Source of the DNA: Polyangiaceae bacterium
GTDB taxonomy: Bacteria; Myxococcota_A; Polyangia; Polyangiales; Polyangiaceae
Direction of reading: 5' to 3'
NCBI GenBank assembly: GCA_044376115.1
Contig: JBILLK010000002.1
Span: forward strand, 32,001 to 96,000
DNA: 64,000 nt
Within the stretch, counting starts at the first letter, position 1. Each line of letters opens with the position of its first letter. Positions 18,831-27,822 of this stretch are shown in pieces. The notes under the pieces were generated by a model that searched no databases, was not told the origin of the DNA, and saw only the letters and a list, made by a program, of their open reading frames with translations. A program made the translations under genes and the position numbers.

Positions 18831-20242
18831 TTCGCAAACCACTACGGCTGCCCTCGCGGCGTCAGTTTCTGCGCGGCGCTGGCGGCTTGACGCTAGCGTT
18901 GCCCTTCATCGGCTCGCTCGCTCCGCGTGAAGCCCGCGCTGCCACGCCGCCCAAGCGCTTGGTGTTCGTTTACTCGTCCAACGGCACGGTGATCGGCGAT
19001 TGGCTGCCTAGCGCAACCGGTGCGAACTTCGAGGTCCCGTACATCCTCTCGCCTTTCGATACGCCCATCCTCCGTCCGAAGCTCAGCGTACTTTCGGGCA
19101 TCAAGATGCAGAGTGCGATGGACGTAGGCGGCAATGGGCACGCCGCAGGTATGACCAGCATGTTGACCGGGCGCAAATTCACCGAGGTCGTCAAGACCGA
19201 GTTTGGTGACGTCGGCTGGGGCGCTGGCATCAGCATCGACCAAGCCATTGCTCGGGAAGTGGCAGCCGAGGGGCAGCTTCAAAGCGTCGAGGCCGGCGTT
19301 CAATCCAAGAAGCAGTATCAAAACTTCTACGCGTATATGTCCTACGGCGAAGGGGGCGGCGCAGCCAACGCGATCGCCGCCGATGACGATCCCGCCAACG
19401 TCTTCTCACGGCTCTTTGGTAGCGTGCCCGACAGCGAGGGCGCCAAAGCCGAGCTGCAAAAAGTCGTCGACCAACGCAAGAGCGTGCTCGATCTCGTGGC
19501 GGATGACTTCAAGAGCGTCAACGGCCGGGTGTCGAGTGAGGATCAGGTACGGCTCGACAAGCACCTGGAGCTGATTCGGTCGTTGCAAGGGCGGATCAAA
19601 GTTGGCGAGGTGTGTGAGAAGCCGATGTCGCCGACCTTCACGCCGCAAGAACTCGGCAGCGACGGCAACTTCCCGCTGATCGCGCGCGCCCAGATGGAAA
19701 CAATCGCGGCGTCGTTGGCGTGCGACATCACTCGCGTCGCGACGCTCCAGCTTTCGGGCGCGCAATCAGGGACCGTGTTCAACGACTTCGTGGACGCCGA
19801 TTGGAACGCGCTCGCGGACGACTACCATCACGGGCTCTCGCATCTGTCGGTCGGCTTCGATCAGATGGCCGACCCAACCCAGACGATCGCACGCCAAGCG
19901 CTCTCCAACATCAACCGTTGGGTCTCCGAACAGATTGCTCAGTTCGCGATGTTGCTCGATGGCTATACCGAGCCCGATGGATCGACGGTGCTCGACAACA
20001 CGGCGATCGTTTGGGTGTCGGAAATCTCCGAGGGCCCCACGCATCGGTTCACCGACATGCCGTACGTCGTTCTCGGTGATCTCGGTGGGGCGCTGCGGGG
20101 AGGAAGCCACTACAACTACGGCAATAACCGCGCGCACAATGACCTCTTCATCACCTTGGGCAAGGCCATGGGCTTGCCCAACTTCGATACCTTTGGCGAT
20201 CAAGAGTACGTCACCGGGCCGCTGGTTGACTTCTTGGCCTGA
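18827..20242 (+). CDS. DUF1552 protein with Tat signal
   Basis: SRRQFL Tat motif; SIDQ.IA, SVLD.V, D..RLD.HL, LACD.TRV and HHGLSH; overlaps its DUF1592 partner. Confidence 0.92.
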   Translation: MIRKPLRLPSRRQFLRGAGGLTLALPFIGSLAPREARAATPPKRLVFVYSSNGTVIGDWLPSATGANFEVPYILSPFDTPILRPKLSVLSGIKMQSAMDVGGNGHAAGMTSMLTGRKFTEVVKTEFGDVGWGAGISIDQAIAREVAAEGQLQSVEAGVQSKKQYQNFYAYMSYGEGGGAANAIAADDDPANVFSRLFGSVPDSEGAKAELQKVVDQRKSVLDLVADDFKSVNGRVSSEDQVRLDKHLELIRSLQGRIKVGEVCEKPMSPTFTPQELGSDGNFPLIARAQMETIAASLACDITRVATLQLSGAQSGTVFNDFVDADWNALADDYHHGLSHLSVGFDQMADPTQTIARQALSNINRWVSEQIAQFAMLLDGYTEPDGSTVLDNTAIVWVSEISEGPTHRFTDMPYVVLGDLGGALRGGSHYNYGNNRAHNDLFITLGKAMGLPNFDTFGDQEYVTGPLVDFLA

Positions 20243-20282
20243 CCAATCGCTTTAGCGCTCCGAGGCCAAGGCCCGGGGCGCG

Positions 20283-20930
20283 CTACGGCGTGTAGGTCGC
20301 AGACAAGGTTGTGCTCGCGAGAGCGACCTGATTGGCGGCGCTCTCGACACCGTCGACGTCGATCGATAGCTCGTCCAAGTTGAGGCTCGCGCTTGGGACG
20401 GCGTACAGCCTGAATTCGTAGGTGTGGGCGTTGGGCGGGCAGGGGCCGGCGTAACCAGGCTGGCCGTCGTAGGCGTCGCATTGCACGGCGCCGGGCACGT
20501 CGGCGGGCTGGTAGTCGCGGTCCACGTCCGCTGGCAAGCTGAGCGTCGACGCGGGAATATCCCAGATCGCCGCATGCCCGAGGTTATTGCTGAGATCGCG
20601 GAAAATGATCGCGTAACTGAGCGTACCGCTAGGACCGGCCGTCCACTCAAGCGCCGGCGACACGTTCTCGCCGTCGCAGGAGTTCGCCACCGGAATCATG
20701 CCGCCTTCATCGTATGCGGGGCTGGTGAGCGTCATCGGGGCAGCGCCACCTTCGCCGTTGCCGCCCCCTCCGGACGCTGCGCCGCCACCGCCGTCGGCGC
20801 TGCTGCCGCCACCGCCGGCCGAGGCTCCGCCGCCGGCTGTGCCCGAGGAGCCGGCGCTGCCGCCGCTCCCGTCATCCGAACATGCCATCAGCGAGCCGAG
20901 CAACAACGCACCGAGAAGGGGAAGCTTCAT
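20283..20930 (-). CDS. YbhB/YbcL (PEBP, Raf kinase inhibitor-like) lipoprotein
   Basis: LTSPAY..GG.IP, G.NVSP.L.W and Y.GPCPP..H.Y.F.LYA. Confidence 0.92.
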   Translation of the reverse strand: MKLPLLGALLLGSLMACSDDGSGGSAGSSGTAGGGASAGGGGSSADGGGGAASGGGGNGEGGAAPMTLTSPAYDEGGMIPVANSCDGENVSPALEWTAGPSGTLSYAIIFRDLSNNLGHAAIWDIPASTLSLPADVDRDYQPADVPGAVQCDAYDGQPGYAGPCPPNAHTYEFRLYAVPSASLNLDELSIDVDGVESAANQVALASTTLSATYTP

Positions 20931-20974
20931 GCGGCGAAGCTACGCGGCTTCGGGGGCGGCTGTCGATATTGCGG

Positions 20975-21808
20975 CTAGCGAACCCAGGCCGAGCGGTAGT
21001 CCTTCGCGTATTGAGCAAAGCGGATGGGCGCGCGGCCGGTGATGGTGCTTACCGCGTCGGTGATGCGGGCCGAATAGCCGAGCTTGAAGTAGCCGAGGAT
21101 GGTGAGCAGCATCTCGACGTAGGGCCCAGGCAATTGTGCCGCGAGCAGTTGTGAGCGCAGCTCCTCAGGGGTGATGTCGCGGAAGCGGATGGGCTTCTCG
21201 GTTACGCGCGAGAGCAGCTCGGCGACTTGGTGGTGATCGAGTGACTCATCTCCTGTGAGATCGAAGTCACGGTTGTCGAAGTCGTGGCGAGTGAGCAGCT
21301 CCGCTGCAACGGCGGCGATGTCGCGCGTGTCGATGAAGCTGCCTTTGGCGTCGGCGACCGGCAGCTGAATCTCCCCATGCGTAAGAATGTTATGTAGCCA
21401 ATAGGAGTTAAAGTTCTGCATGAACCAGTTGGGTCGGATAATGTTGTAGGCCAGCCCCGACTTCTCCAAGGCGATCTCGGCCTTGCGCAGCGGCAGTGAA
21501 TCATCGGCGTTGGCGCCCATGGCCGTCATCAGCACGACCTTCTTCAGACCCTTGGCTTTGGCTTCGGCGATGACCGGCCCGAGCAACTCATCTTGGTTGG
21601 TGTGCCCCGGGGGAGAGAGCAGGAAGGCCCGCTCAATGTCGGTGAATGCGGTGGAGAGCCCTTCACCGGTGACGAGGTTGAACAGGCGCTGGTCTGCGCC
21701 AGGCTTCTGACTCGTAGCGCGCACCACCTCATGACCCTTTGCTCGTAGAGCCTCAACCAGCGACGTTCCAACTGTTCCGCTTGCACCAACAACAAGAATC
21801 TTGTTCAT
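20975..21808 (-). CDS. NmrA-like NAD(P)-binding oxidoreductase (atypical SDR)
   Basis: GASGTVG, IRPNWFMQN and SFIDTRDIA; AAAGGAG RBS. Confidence 0.92.
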   Translation of the reverse strand: MNKILVVGASGTVGTSLVEALRAKGHEVVRATSQKPGADQRLFNLVTGEGLSTAFTDIERAFLLSPPGHTNQDELLGPVIAEAKAKGLKKVVLMTAMGANADDSLPLRKAEIALEKSGLAYNIIRPNWFMQNFNSYWLHNILTHGEIQLPVADAKGSFIDTRDIAAVAAELLTRHDFDNRDFDLTGDESLDHHQVAELLSRVTEKPIRFRDITPEELRSQLLAAQLPGPYVEMLLTILGYFKLGYSARITDAVSTITGRAPIRFAQYAKDYRSAWVR

Positions 21809-21947
21809 GACTGCTCCTTTGTTTCGACCAGTGAGGGTGCAATCTAATAGCAATAAGACGTACGATTAATGGCTGTTAGTTCACTTGGCATGTCCAGGCG
21901 TACGGAGATGTCGACGCGTGGAACACTGTTCGCTAGGCTTACGGGCG

Positions 21948-22904
21948 ATGGACCTCTTGACCGACATCCTGGTTCAGGCGGGTTTGCGGCGCCGATTGAT
22001 CGGCTTGCATGAGCTGCCCGATGCCACCACGCTCCACTTCCCGTGCGACAAGAGCATCGGCTTTCACGTGGTCGTCTCCGGGCGCAGCTTCGTGCACACC
22101 GGCGTCGAGGTGATCGCGCTGCGTGCGGGGGACGTAGCGCTGATGGCGCGCGGTCAGGACCACAAGCTCAGCACGGTGGAGAAGCTTTCCAAACGCGTGA
22201 TCGAACTTCACGAGTGGAGTGTGCTACCGCGCGCGCTCGAGGCGGGTGCCGCCTCGGTCGTGAGCGGCGCCTATCAGCTGTGGCATACGCCGGTGCATCC
22301 GCTGTTTCAGGAACTCCCAGACTGGTACGTGTTGCGCGGTGAGGCCGAGGGTAAACTGTCGCCTTTGTCGCTCGCGATCGAGCTTTTGGCGGAGGAGACC
22401 AAGCGGCCCGATCTAGGTAGTCAAACCGTGGTGAACAGCCTGCTCGACGTGATCTTCTCCTTCATCCTGCGGCGTATCGTCGCCGAGAGCAGCGCGAACA
22501 AGCAGGGCTTCGGGCAGGCGGTGCGCGATGCACAAGTGCGCCGGGCGCTGGAGCTTATGCATGAGGACTGCGCCCGTCCGTGGACGCTGGTGGAGCTCGC
22601 AAAGCAAACCGGGCTTTCACGCACCGGCCTGGCCGAGCGCTTTCGCGCGGCGATGGGAGATACCCCGCTAAACTATCTGCGCTCGTTGCGTGTCCAAGCG
22701 GCGATGCGGCTCTTGTGCGAGACCGAACAATCGTTGGAGCAGGTGGCGGGGGCGATCGGCTACAGCGATGCCTTCAGCTTTTCCAAGGTATTCAAGCGCT
22801 CGGTCGGGATGGCGCCCCGGGAGTTCCGTCAAAAGAACGCCCAAGAGAGCGCACATGCCTTCCGCTTCCGCGAGTCTCCCAGCGTAGGCGGCGCGAGCGG
22901 CTGA
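21948..22904 (+). CDS. AraC family regulator with N-terminal cupin domain
   Basis: PWTL.ELA...GLSR...A.RF and GY....SFS..FKR; divergent from the oxidoreductase. Confidence 0.93.
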   Translation: MDLLTDILVQAGLRRRLIGLHELPDATTLHFPCDKSIGFHVVVSGRSFVHTGVEVIALRAGDVALMARGQDHKLSTVEKLSKRVIELHEWSVLPRALEAGAASVVSGAYQLWHTPVHPLFQELPDWYVLRGEAEGKLSPLSLAIELLAEETKRPDLGSQTVVNSLLDVIFSFILRRIVAESSANKQGFGQAVRDAQVRRALELMHEDCARPWTLVELAKQTGLSRTGLAERFRAAMGDTPLNYLRSLRVQAAMRLLCETEQSLEQVAGAIGYSDAFSFSKVFKRSVGMAPREFRQKNAQESAHAFRFRESPSVGGASG

Positions 22905-22994
22905 AGCTCTAGCGTCGTTCCACCGAAGGTGGACCCAGTGAACAACACGACTCGTGCCTTCTGGAGTAAAACGGCCGAAGGCCCGAGTGGGCCG

Positions 22995-23861
22995 TCAACT
23001 TGGCACGAGTCGTTTCGTGGCGGTGAGCAGGTTGCACACCGACTGAAGCACTAACGGCTGGTCTTCTCCGCCGGAGAGCGCGGTCAAGTGCTTGCGCACG
23101 TTGGCCTCCACGACCTGCAATTGCTCGGCGTTGCAGCGACGCAACAGGAGGGCCATCACCGGGTTATTCCTCATTCCTTCCCAAGCGTGCCTCCACGTGG
23201 GGAGCACCGCCGAGGCGTGAAACTCTTTGCAGGCAATCGCCTCGAAAGCGTTGGTTGCGTTCACTTCGGCGATCAGCGCCGGTGCCTCGCTGATGTCGAG
23301 CCAATTGCCCGAGGTCTGCGGCACGAGCTCGGGTGGTAGCGCTTGCACCACCGGCAGAAACTGGGCGCGCATCATCGCGTTGTGCTCCGGCCCTTGCCAA
23401 ACCGCGGTCGCAAAGGTTCCCCCCGGGCGCAAGACGCGCGCAGCTTCACGCCAGCCAGCTGGGCGGTCCTCAAACATGAAGATGCCGAAGCAGGAGAACA
23501 CCGCGTCGAAGCTGGCGTCTCCGAAGCTGAGCGACTGGCCGTTCTCCACCGATACACGAACCACGTCTTCTCCGGCGCCGAGCTGGGCCGTGGCTTTGCG
23601 CGTAAACTCCACCATGCCCGGGGAGAAGTCGGTGGCGTAAACCCGGCCGGGCTTGGCGCCGCTCGCCCGCTGACGTTGTTCACGCTCGACTGCGGGGAGC
23701 GTCAGTGCGCCGGAGCCGCAGGCGATATCGAGGATCTCCGCGCCGGCGGCCAGGCGTGCCTCCACCATACGGAACATCGAGCGGGCGACGTAGCCGGTCA
23801 GCGTTGCAAACAGCGAATCGTAGAGAGCGACGTGATCATCCCAGGCCTGAGCGGTCGTCAT
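22995..23861 (-). CDS. class I SAM-dependent methyltransferase
   Basis: LDIACGSG, DFSPGM, F.DASFD and RVLRPGG. Confidence 0.92.
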   Translation of the reverse strand: MTTAQAWDDHVALYDSLFATLTGYVARSMFRMVEARLAAGAEILDIACGSGALTLPAVEREQRQRASGAKPGRVYATDFSPGMVEFTRKATAQLGAGEDVVRVSVENGQSLSFGDASFDAVFSCFGIFMFEDRPAGWREAARVLRPGGTFATAVWQGPEHNAMMRAQFLPVVQALPPELVPQTSGNWLDISEAPALIAEVNATNAFEAIACKEFHASAVLPTWRHAWEGMRNNPVMALLLRRCNAEQLQVVEANVRKHLTALSGGEDQPLVLQSVCNLLTATKRLVPS

Positions 23862-24380
23862 GCGCCATTTCTACCACGAGCGTGCTGCCGCCCGAACAAC
23901 CAAGCTATTGCGGAACACTTCAGACACCGCTTCCGGCGCTGCAGGTCCGACTCGCTCGAGTCGATGCTCGACCGCGTACCTTCAAGCGGCGTACCTGCCG
24001 ATTGGGGGTCAGATGGGCCATATCTGGGCGAATGGGCGGCCAGTGCGGGCTACAAGCTTGGTACGGCCGCACAGCGCCGGGCCGCACGCGGCATTAACGG
24101 CGTAGAAACGGGGGTGCCCGCGAGCCGAAGCGCGGTGGCTCGATGCGGACCGCGCCCTTTGCGGTTGGGATAGACCATCTTGGCCACAATGGGCGCACGG
24201 GAGGTCGAACTCGCTTGCGACCTAGCCCGCGCTTCGGGTCGCAGCGTTCCGCTACACGTGCGGTGCGGAAGCGCAGAGCTCGGTGCCTGCCCATCCCCGC
24301 GCTGGTTGGCCAGCGCTTGCTGGCGTGCTTCTACACCTGATAGCGTTCTGTCCATCACTTGGGGAACGGAACAGGGACCC

Positions 24381-25601
24381 ATGCGCGCCTCCTTCTTGGC
24401 CTCTCTTTGTCTTTGCACGGCTTGCTTCACCTTCGTTGACTTCGAGCTCGGCGCTGGAGCCGCCGGCGCTGGAGCGGGCGGGCCGGGTGGTGCCGGTGGG
24501 CAAGGCGGGCAAGGCGGGCTTGGTGGACTGGGCGGCATCGGCGGAGAGGCCGGGGGGAGCAGCAGCGTTGTAACGGTAGGCGGCGGGCAGGGCGGGTGCG
24601 CTCCCTGCGGTAACGACTGCGTGGATACCACCATGAACGACGCGCATTGCGGTGCGTGTGACCACGATTGTGGCGGTGGAGCTTGCGAAGAGAGCGAGTG
24701 TCAGCCTTTTATTCTGGTCAGAGGCCAGGCGAACATTCACGGGCTAACGCTCGACGAGATGAACGCGTACTTCACGACTTCGAGCTTTAATGACGGGCCG
24801 AACGACGTCGTCGCAAGTGTCTCCAAAGCAGGCGGCGCTCTGACGATCTTCAGTGATATGGAGCAAGCCGCCCAGCACGTGATCGTGGTGGGCGAGCGGG
24901 TCTACTGGACCACCTGGGACGTCGGCGCAGTTCGTAGTGCGCCTTTGGACCAGTCGGATGGAGCACGCACTGAGTGGACTGGTGGAGCTGCGTTTGGGAT
25001 TCGCGCTCGCGGGGAACAGGTGGTCTTTGGCCGTTACGACGACGGACTCTCCTTGTTTTCCAGTGCGGCCGCCTCGCCTCCGCCGGTGACCTCCCTGTTG
25101 GAGCTGCTGCCTGGCGAAGCGGTCGCCCTATTCGACCTCGACTCGGCAAACGAGGACGTCGTGTTCACCGTGGCCAATTTTGGGAATGGGGTAAGGCGTT
25201 ATTCGCCGAGCCCGAATCCACAAGTATCCATATTGACCACAGCGGACTTCAACACCTGGGGCATGGCCCAGGACGCGAGCTATTACTATTACAGCGACCA
25301 AGGTTCGGGCGCGAACAGCGGCAAACTTTCACGCATCAGCAAATCCAGCGGCAGCGTGCAGGTGATGGCCACCGGCCTCAGTCGCCCTCGCGGCCTCGCC
25401 GTGGATGCGGACTTCGCGTACGTAGCCGAGTTCGGCGCCGTGAGGCGCGTGTCGCTCGTTGAGGTGAACGACTCTTTTGCGTCGTCGCTCATAGCGCCAG
25501 CCCAAGAGGCCACGATGATCGCGGTGGACGAGAAGTTCATCTACTGGACGAATTACGGCCAGTTAGGGGGCACGCTCTCAAAGCTGGCCAAGCCGCTATG
25601 A
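24381..25601 (+). CDS. beta-propeller lipoprotein, tandem copy 1
   Basis: Lipobox, Gly linker, HCGACDHDC motif, repeated IAVD...IYWT blades. Confidence 0.85.
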   Translation: MRASFLASLCLCTACFTFVDFELGAGAAGAGAGGPGGAGGQGGQGGLGGLGGIGGEAGGSSSVVTVGGGQGGCAPCGNDCVDTTMNDAHCGACDHDCGGGACEESECQPFILVRGQANIHGLTLDEMNAYFTTSSFNDGPNDVVASVSKAGGALTIFSDMEQAAQHVIVVGERVYWTTWDVGAVRSAPLDQSDGARTEWTGGAAFGIRARGEQVVFGRYDDGLSLFSSAAASPPPVTSLLELLPGEAVALFDLDSANEDVVFTVANFGNGVRRYSPSPNPQVSILTTADFNTWGMAQDASYYYYSDQGSGANSGKLSRISKSSGSVQVMATGLSRPRGLAVDADFAYVAEFGAVRRVSLVEVNDSFASSLIAPAQEATMIAVDEKFIYWTNYGQLGGTLSKLAKPL

Positions 25602-25614
25602 ACGAGAACTCGCT

Positions 25615-26853
25615 ATGAAACGCGCGCCCATCGTGCTTCTAGTTCTGACCTCCCTCGTGAACGGCGGCTGCGGCCTTTTGTTCAACACCGATGAGCTCCG
25701 CGGTGACGGGCGCGGTGACGGCGGTACACCGAGTAGCGGCGGTGAGGGCGGCAATCGTTCGGGCGGCGGCGGAAGCGGTGGAGCGACCGGAGGCGGCGGA
25801 AGCGTAAGCGCCAGCGTCGGCGGAAGCGGCGGCTGTTTTGGCAATGAGGTGCCCTGCGGTAACGACTGCGTGGATACCACCACCAACGACAACCACTGCG
25901 GGGCTTGTGATCACGATTGTGGCGGCGGGGCCTGCGAAGAGAGCGTATGCCAGCCTTTTGAGCTGGTCAGCGGCCAATACAATATTCACGGCCTCACGCT
26001 CGATGAGACGCGTGCCTACTTCACGACCTCATCGTTCCTTGATGGTCCCAATGACGTTGTGGCTGCGGTGCCGAAGGAAGGGGGCGCGCTGACGATCTTT
26101 AGCGATCAGGAAGCGGCGGCTCAACACGTCATCGTGGTCGGCGAGCGGGTGTATTGGACCACCTGGGATGAGGGGGAGGTTCGCAGTGCGCCCCTGGACC
26201 ATTCGGAGGGCGTGCGCACCGAGTGGAGTGGGGGCTTCGCCGCCTTTGGCATTCAAAGTCGGGGAAACCAAGTGGTCTTCAGTCTGTACAACCAAGGACT
26301 TGCCGTGTTCTCGATTGCGGATGCCTCGCCCCCGCCGGTGACCTTGATTTACGAACCGCAGAATGACGAAAATTTCGCCCTGTTCGCGCTCGACCCATTC
26401 AGCGACGACAACATCGTGTTCACGGTGCCTAATTCGGCGCAGGGCGTGAGACGCTATTCGCCGAGCGCTAATTCGCAGCCGCTCACCTCAAGCGATTACA
26501 ATACCTGGGGCGTGACCCAGGACGCGAGCTATTACTATTACAGCGACCAAGGTGCGGACGCGAGCAACGGCAAACTTCACCGCATTAGCAAAACAACCTG
26601 GCAGGCGGAGGAGATGGCCAACGGCCTCAATCGCCCGCGCGGCCTGGCCGTGGATGCGGACTACGTTTACGTCGCTGAAATCGATACCGTGCGCCGCGTA
26701 TCGGTCAATCCGATCGACAATGGCTCGTTTGCGTCGTCGCTCCTGGCCCCAGCCCAGGAGGCCACGATGATCGCGGTGGACGAGAAGTTCATCTACTGGA
26801 CGAACTACGGCGCCTTTGGGGGCACCTTGTTGAAGTTGGCCAAGCCGCTATGA
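25615..26853 (+). CDS. beta-propeller lipoprotein, tandem copy 2
   Basis: Close paralog of 24381..25601 with identical DNA blocks. Confidence 0.85.
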   Translation: MKRAPIVLLVLTSLVNGGCGLLFNTDELRGDGRGDGGTPSSGGEGGNRSGGGGSGGATGGGGSVSASVGGSGGCFGNEVPCGNDCVDTTTNDNHCGACDHDCGGGACEESVCQPFELVSGQYNIHGLTLDETRAYFTTSSFLDGPNDVVAAVPKEGGALTIFSDQEAAAQHVIVVGERVYWTTWDEGEVRSAPLDHSEGVRTEWSGGFAAFGIQSRGNQVVFSLYNQGLAVFSIADASPPPVTLIYEPQNDENFALFALDPFSDDNIVFTVPNSAQGVRRYSPSANSQPLTSSDYNTWGVTQDASYYYYSDQGADASNGKLHRISKTTWQAEEMANGLNRPRGLAVDADYVYVAEIDTVRRVSVNPIDNGSFASSLLAPAQEATMIAVDEKFIYWTNYGAFGGTLLKLAKPL

Positions 26854-27818
26854 AGGATCTGCTCGTACTGCCGGTAAGGTCCACGTCGATGAGGCGAGGG
26901 CTCGCGCTGGCCTTCGCTTGTTTGACGCTTTCCGCTTCAACCATGGCCTGGGCGGGCAGCGCCGAAGAAGAGGCGCGCAAGGCCTTCGAGCAGGGGCTAG
27001 CGCTCGAAGCAACGCAGCCGCTCGAGGCGTGCAAAAGCTTCCGCAAGTCGCTCGAGTTCACGCGCGAGCTCGGCCCGCTGACCAAGGTGAAGGAATGCGA
27101 CGTGCGCGAAGGCCGGCTGGTGGAAGGGCGTGACAAGCTGCGCGAACTCACCGGCCGCCTCCCGCCGGAGGATCCGGATCTTTCGGCGCTCAAAACCGAA
27201 TTGGGCCAGGTTGAAGCTCGCATCGCGCGGATCGAGATCGCGCTGCGCCCGGGAGTCACCGTGGCGGTGCGCGTGACGCTGGACGCAAAGCCGGTGACGC
27301 TGCCTTCAACCGTCGAGGTCGATCCGGGGGCGCATGAGCTCGTGGTCGAGACCGAAGGCAAGCCGGTCGAGCGCTCGGCGCTCACGCTCGGAGACGGCGA
27401 AGCGAAGAAGCTCGAGGTCCCTTCGGAGGCCGCGTTGCGTGAGGCTCCGCCGGTGAGCGTCACGCCTGCGGAGGAAGGCCTCACCGGCCTCGGGATCGCC
27501 GGGCTGGTGATCGGGTCGGTCGGCGTCGCCGGCTTGATTGGAGCCGCCATTACCGGCGGCATGGTGCTCTCGAAGCAGAGCGAGTTCGAGCAGTGTCGCG
27601 ACGCCGACGCGCCCGCCCTTTGCGAAGAGGTGCTCAAGGAGGAAGGCGATACCCTGCTGGTCGCGAATGGCGCCCTGTTTATCGCCGGCGGTGCGCTAGC
27701 CGCGGTCGGGGCCACGCTCTTCATCATCGATCTTGCGAGCGGCCCCTCCGAAGAGCCGGCGCCGCGCGCTGCGTTGCGCATCGGGCCGAGCTCGGCCTCG
27801 TTCCAGCTCGCGTTCTAG
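26850..27818 (+). CDS. TPR/PEGA-like exported protein with C-terminal hydrophobic helices
   Basis: Signal peptide, A...F.QG helical N-domain, VDPG.H PEGA-like domain, two hydrophobic helices, terminal Phe. Confidence 0.8.
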   Translation: MKDLLVLPVRSTSMRRGLALAFACLTLSASTMAWAGSAEEEARKAFEQGLALEATQPLEACKSFRKSLEFTRELGPLTKVKECDVREGRLVEGRDKLRELTGRLPPEDPDLSALKTELGQVEARIARIEIALRPGVTVAVRVTLDAKPVTLPSTVEVDPGAHELVVETEGKPVERSALTLGDGEAKKLEVPSEAALREAPPVSVTPAEEGLTGLGIAGLVIGSVGVAGLIGAAITGGMVLSKQSEFEQCRDADAPALCEEVLKEEGDTLLVANGALFIAGGALAAVGATLFIIDLASGPSEEPAPRAALRIGPSSASFQLAF

Positions 27819-27822
27819 CCGG

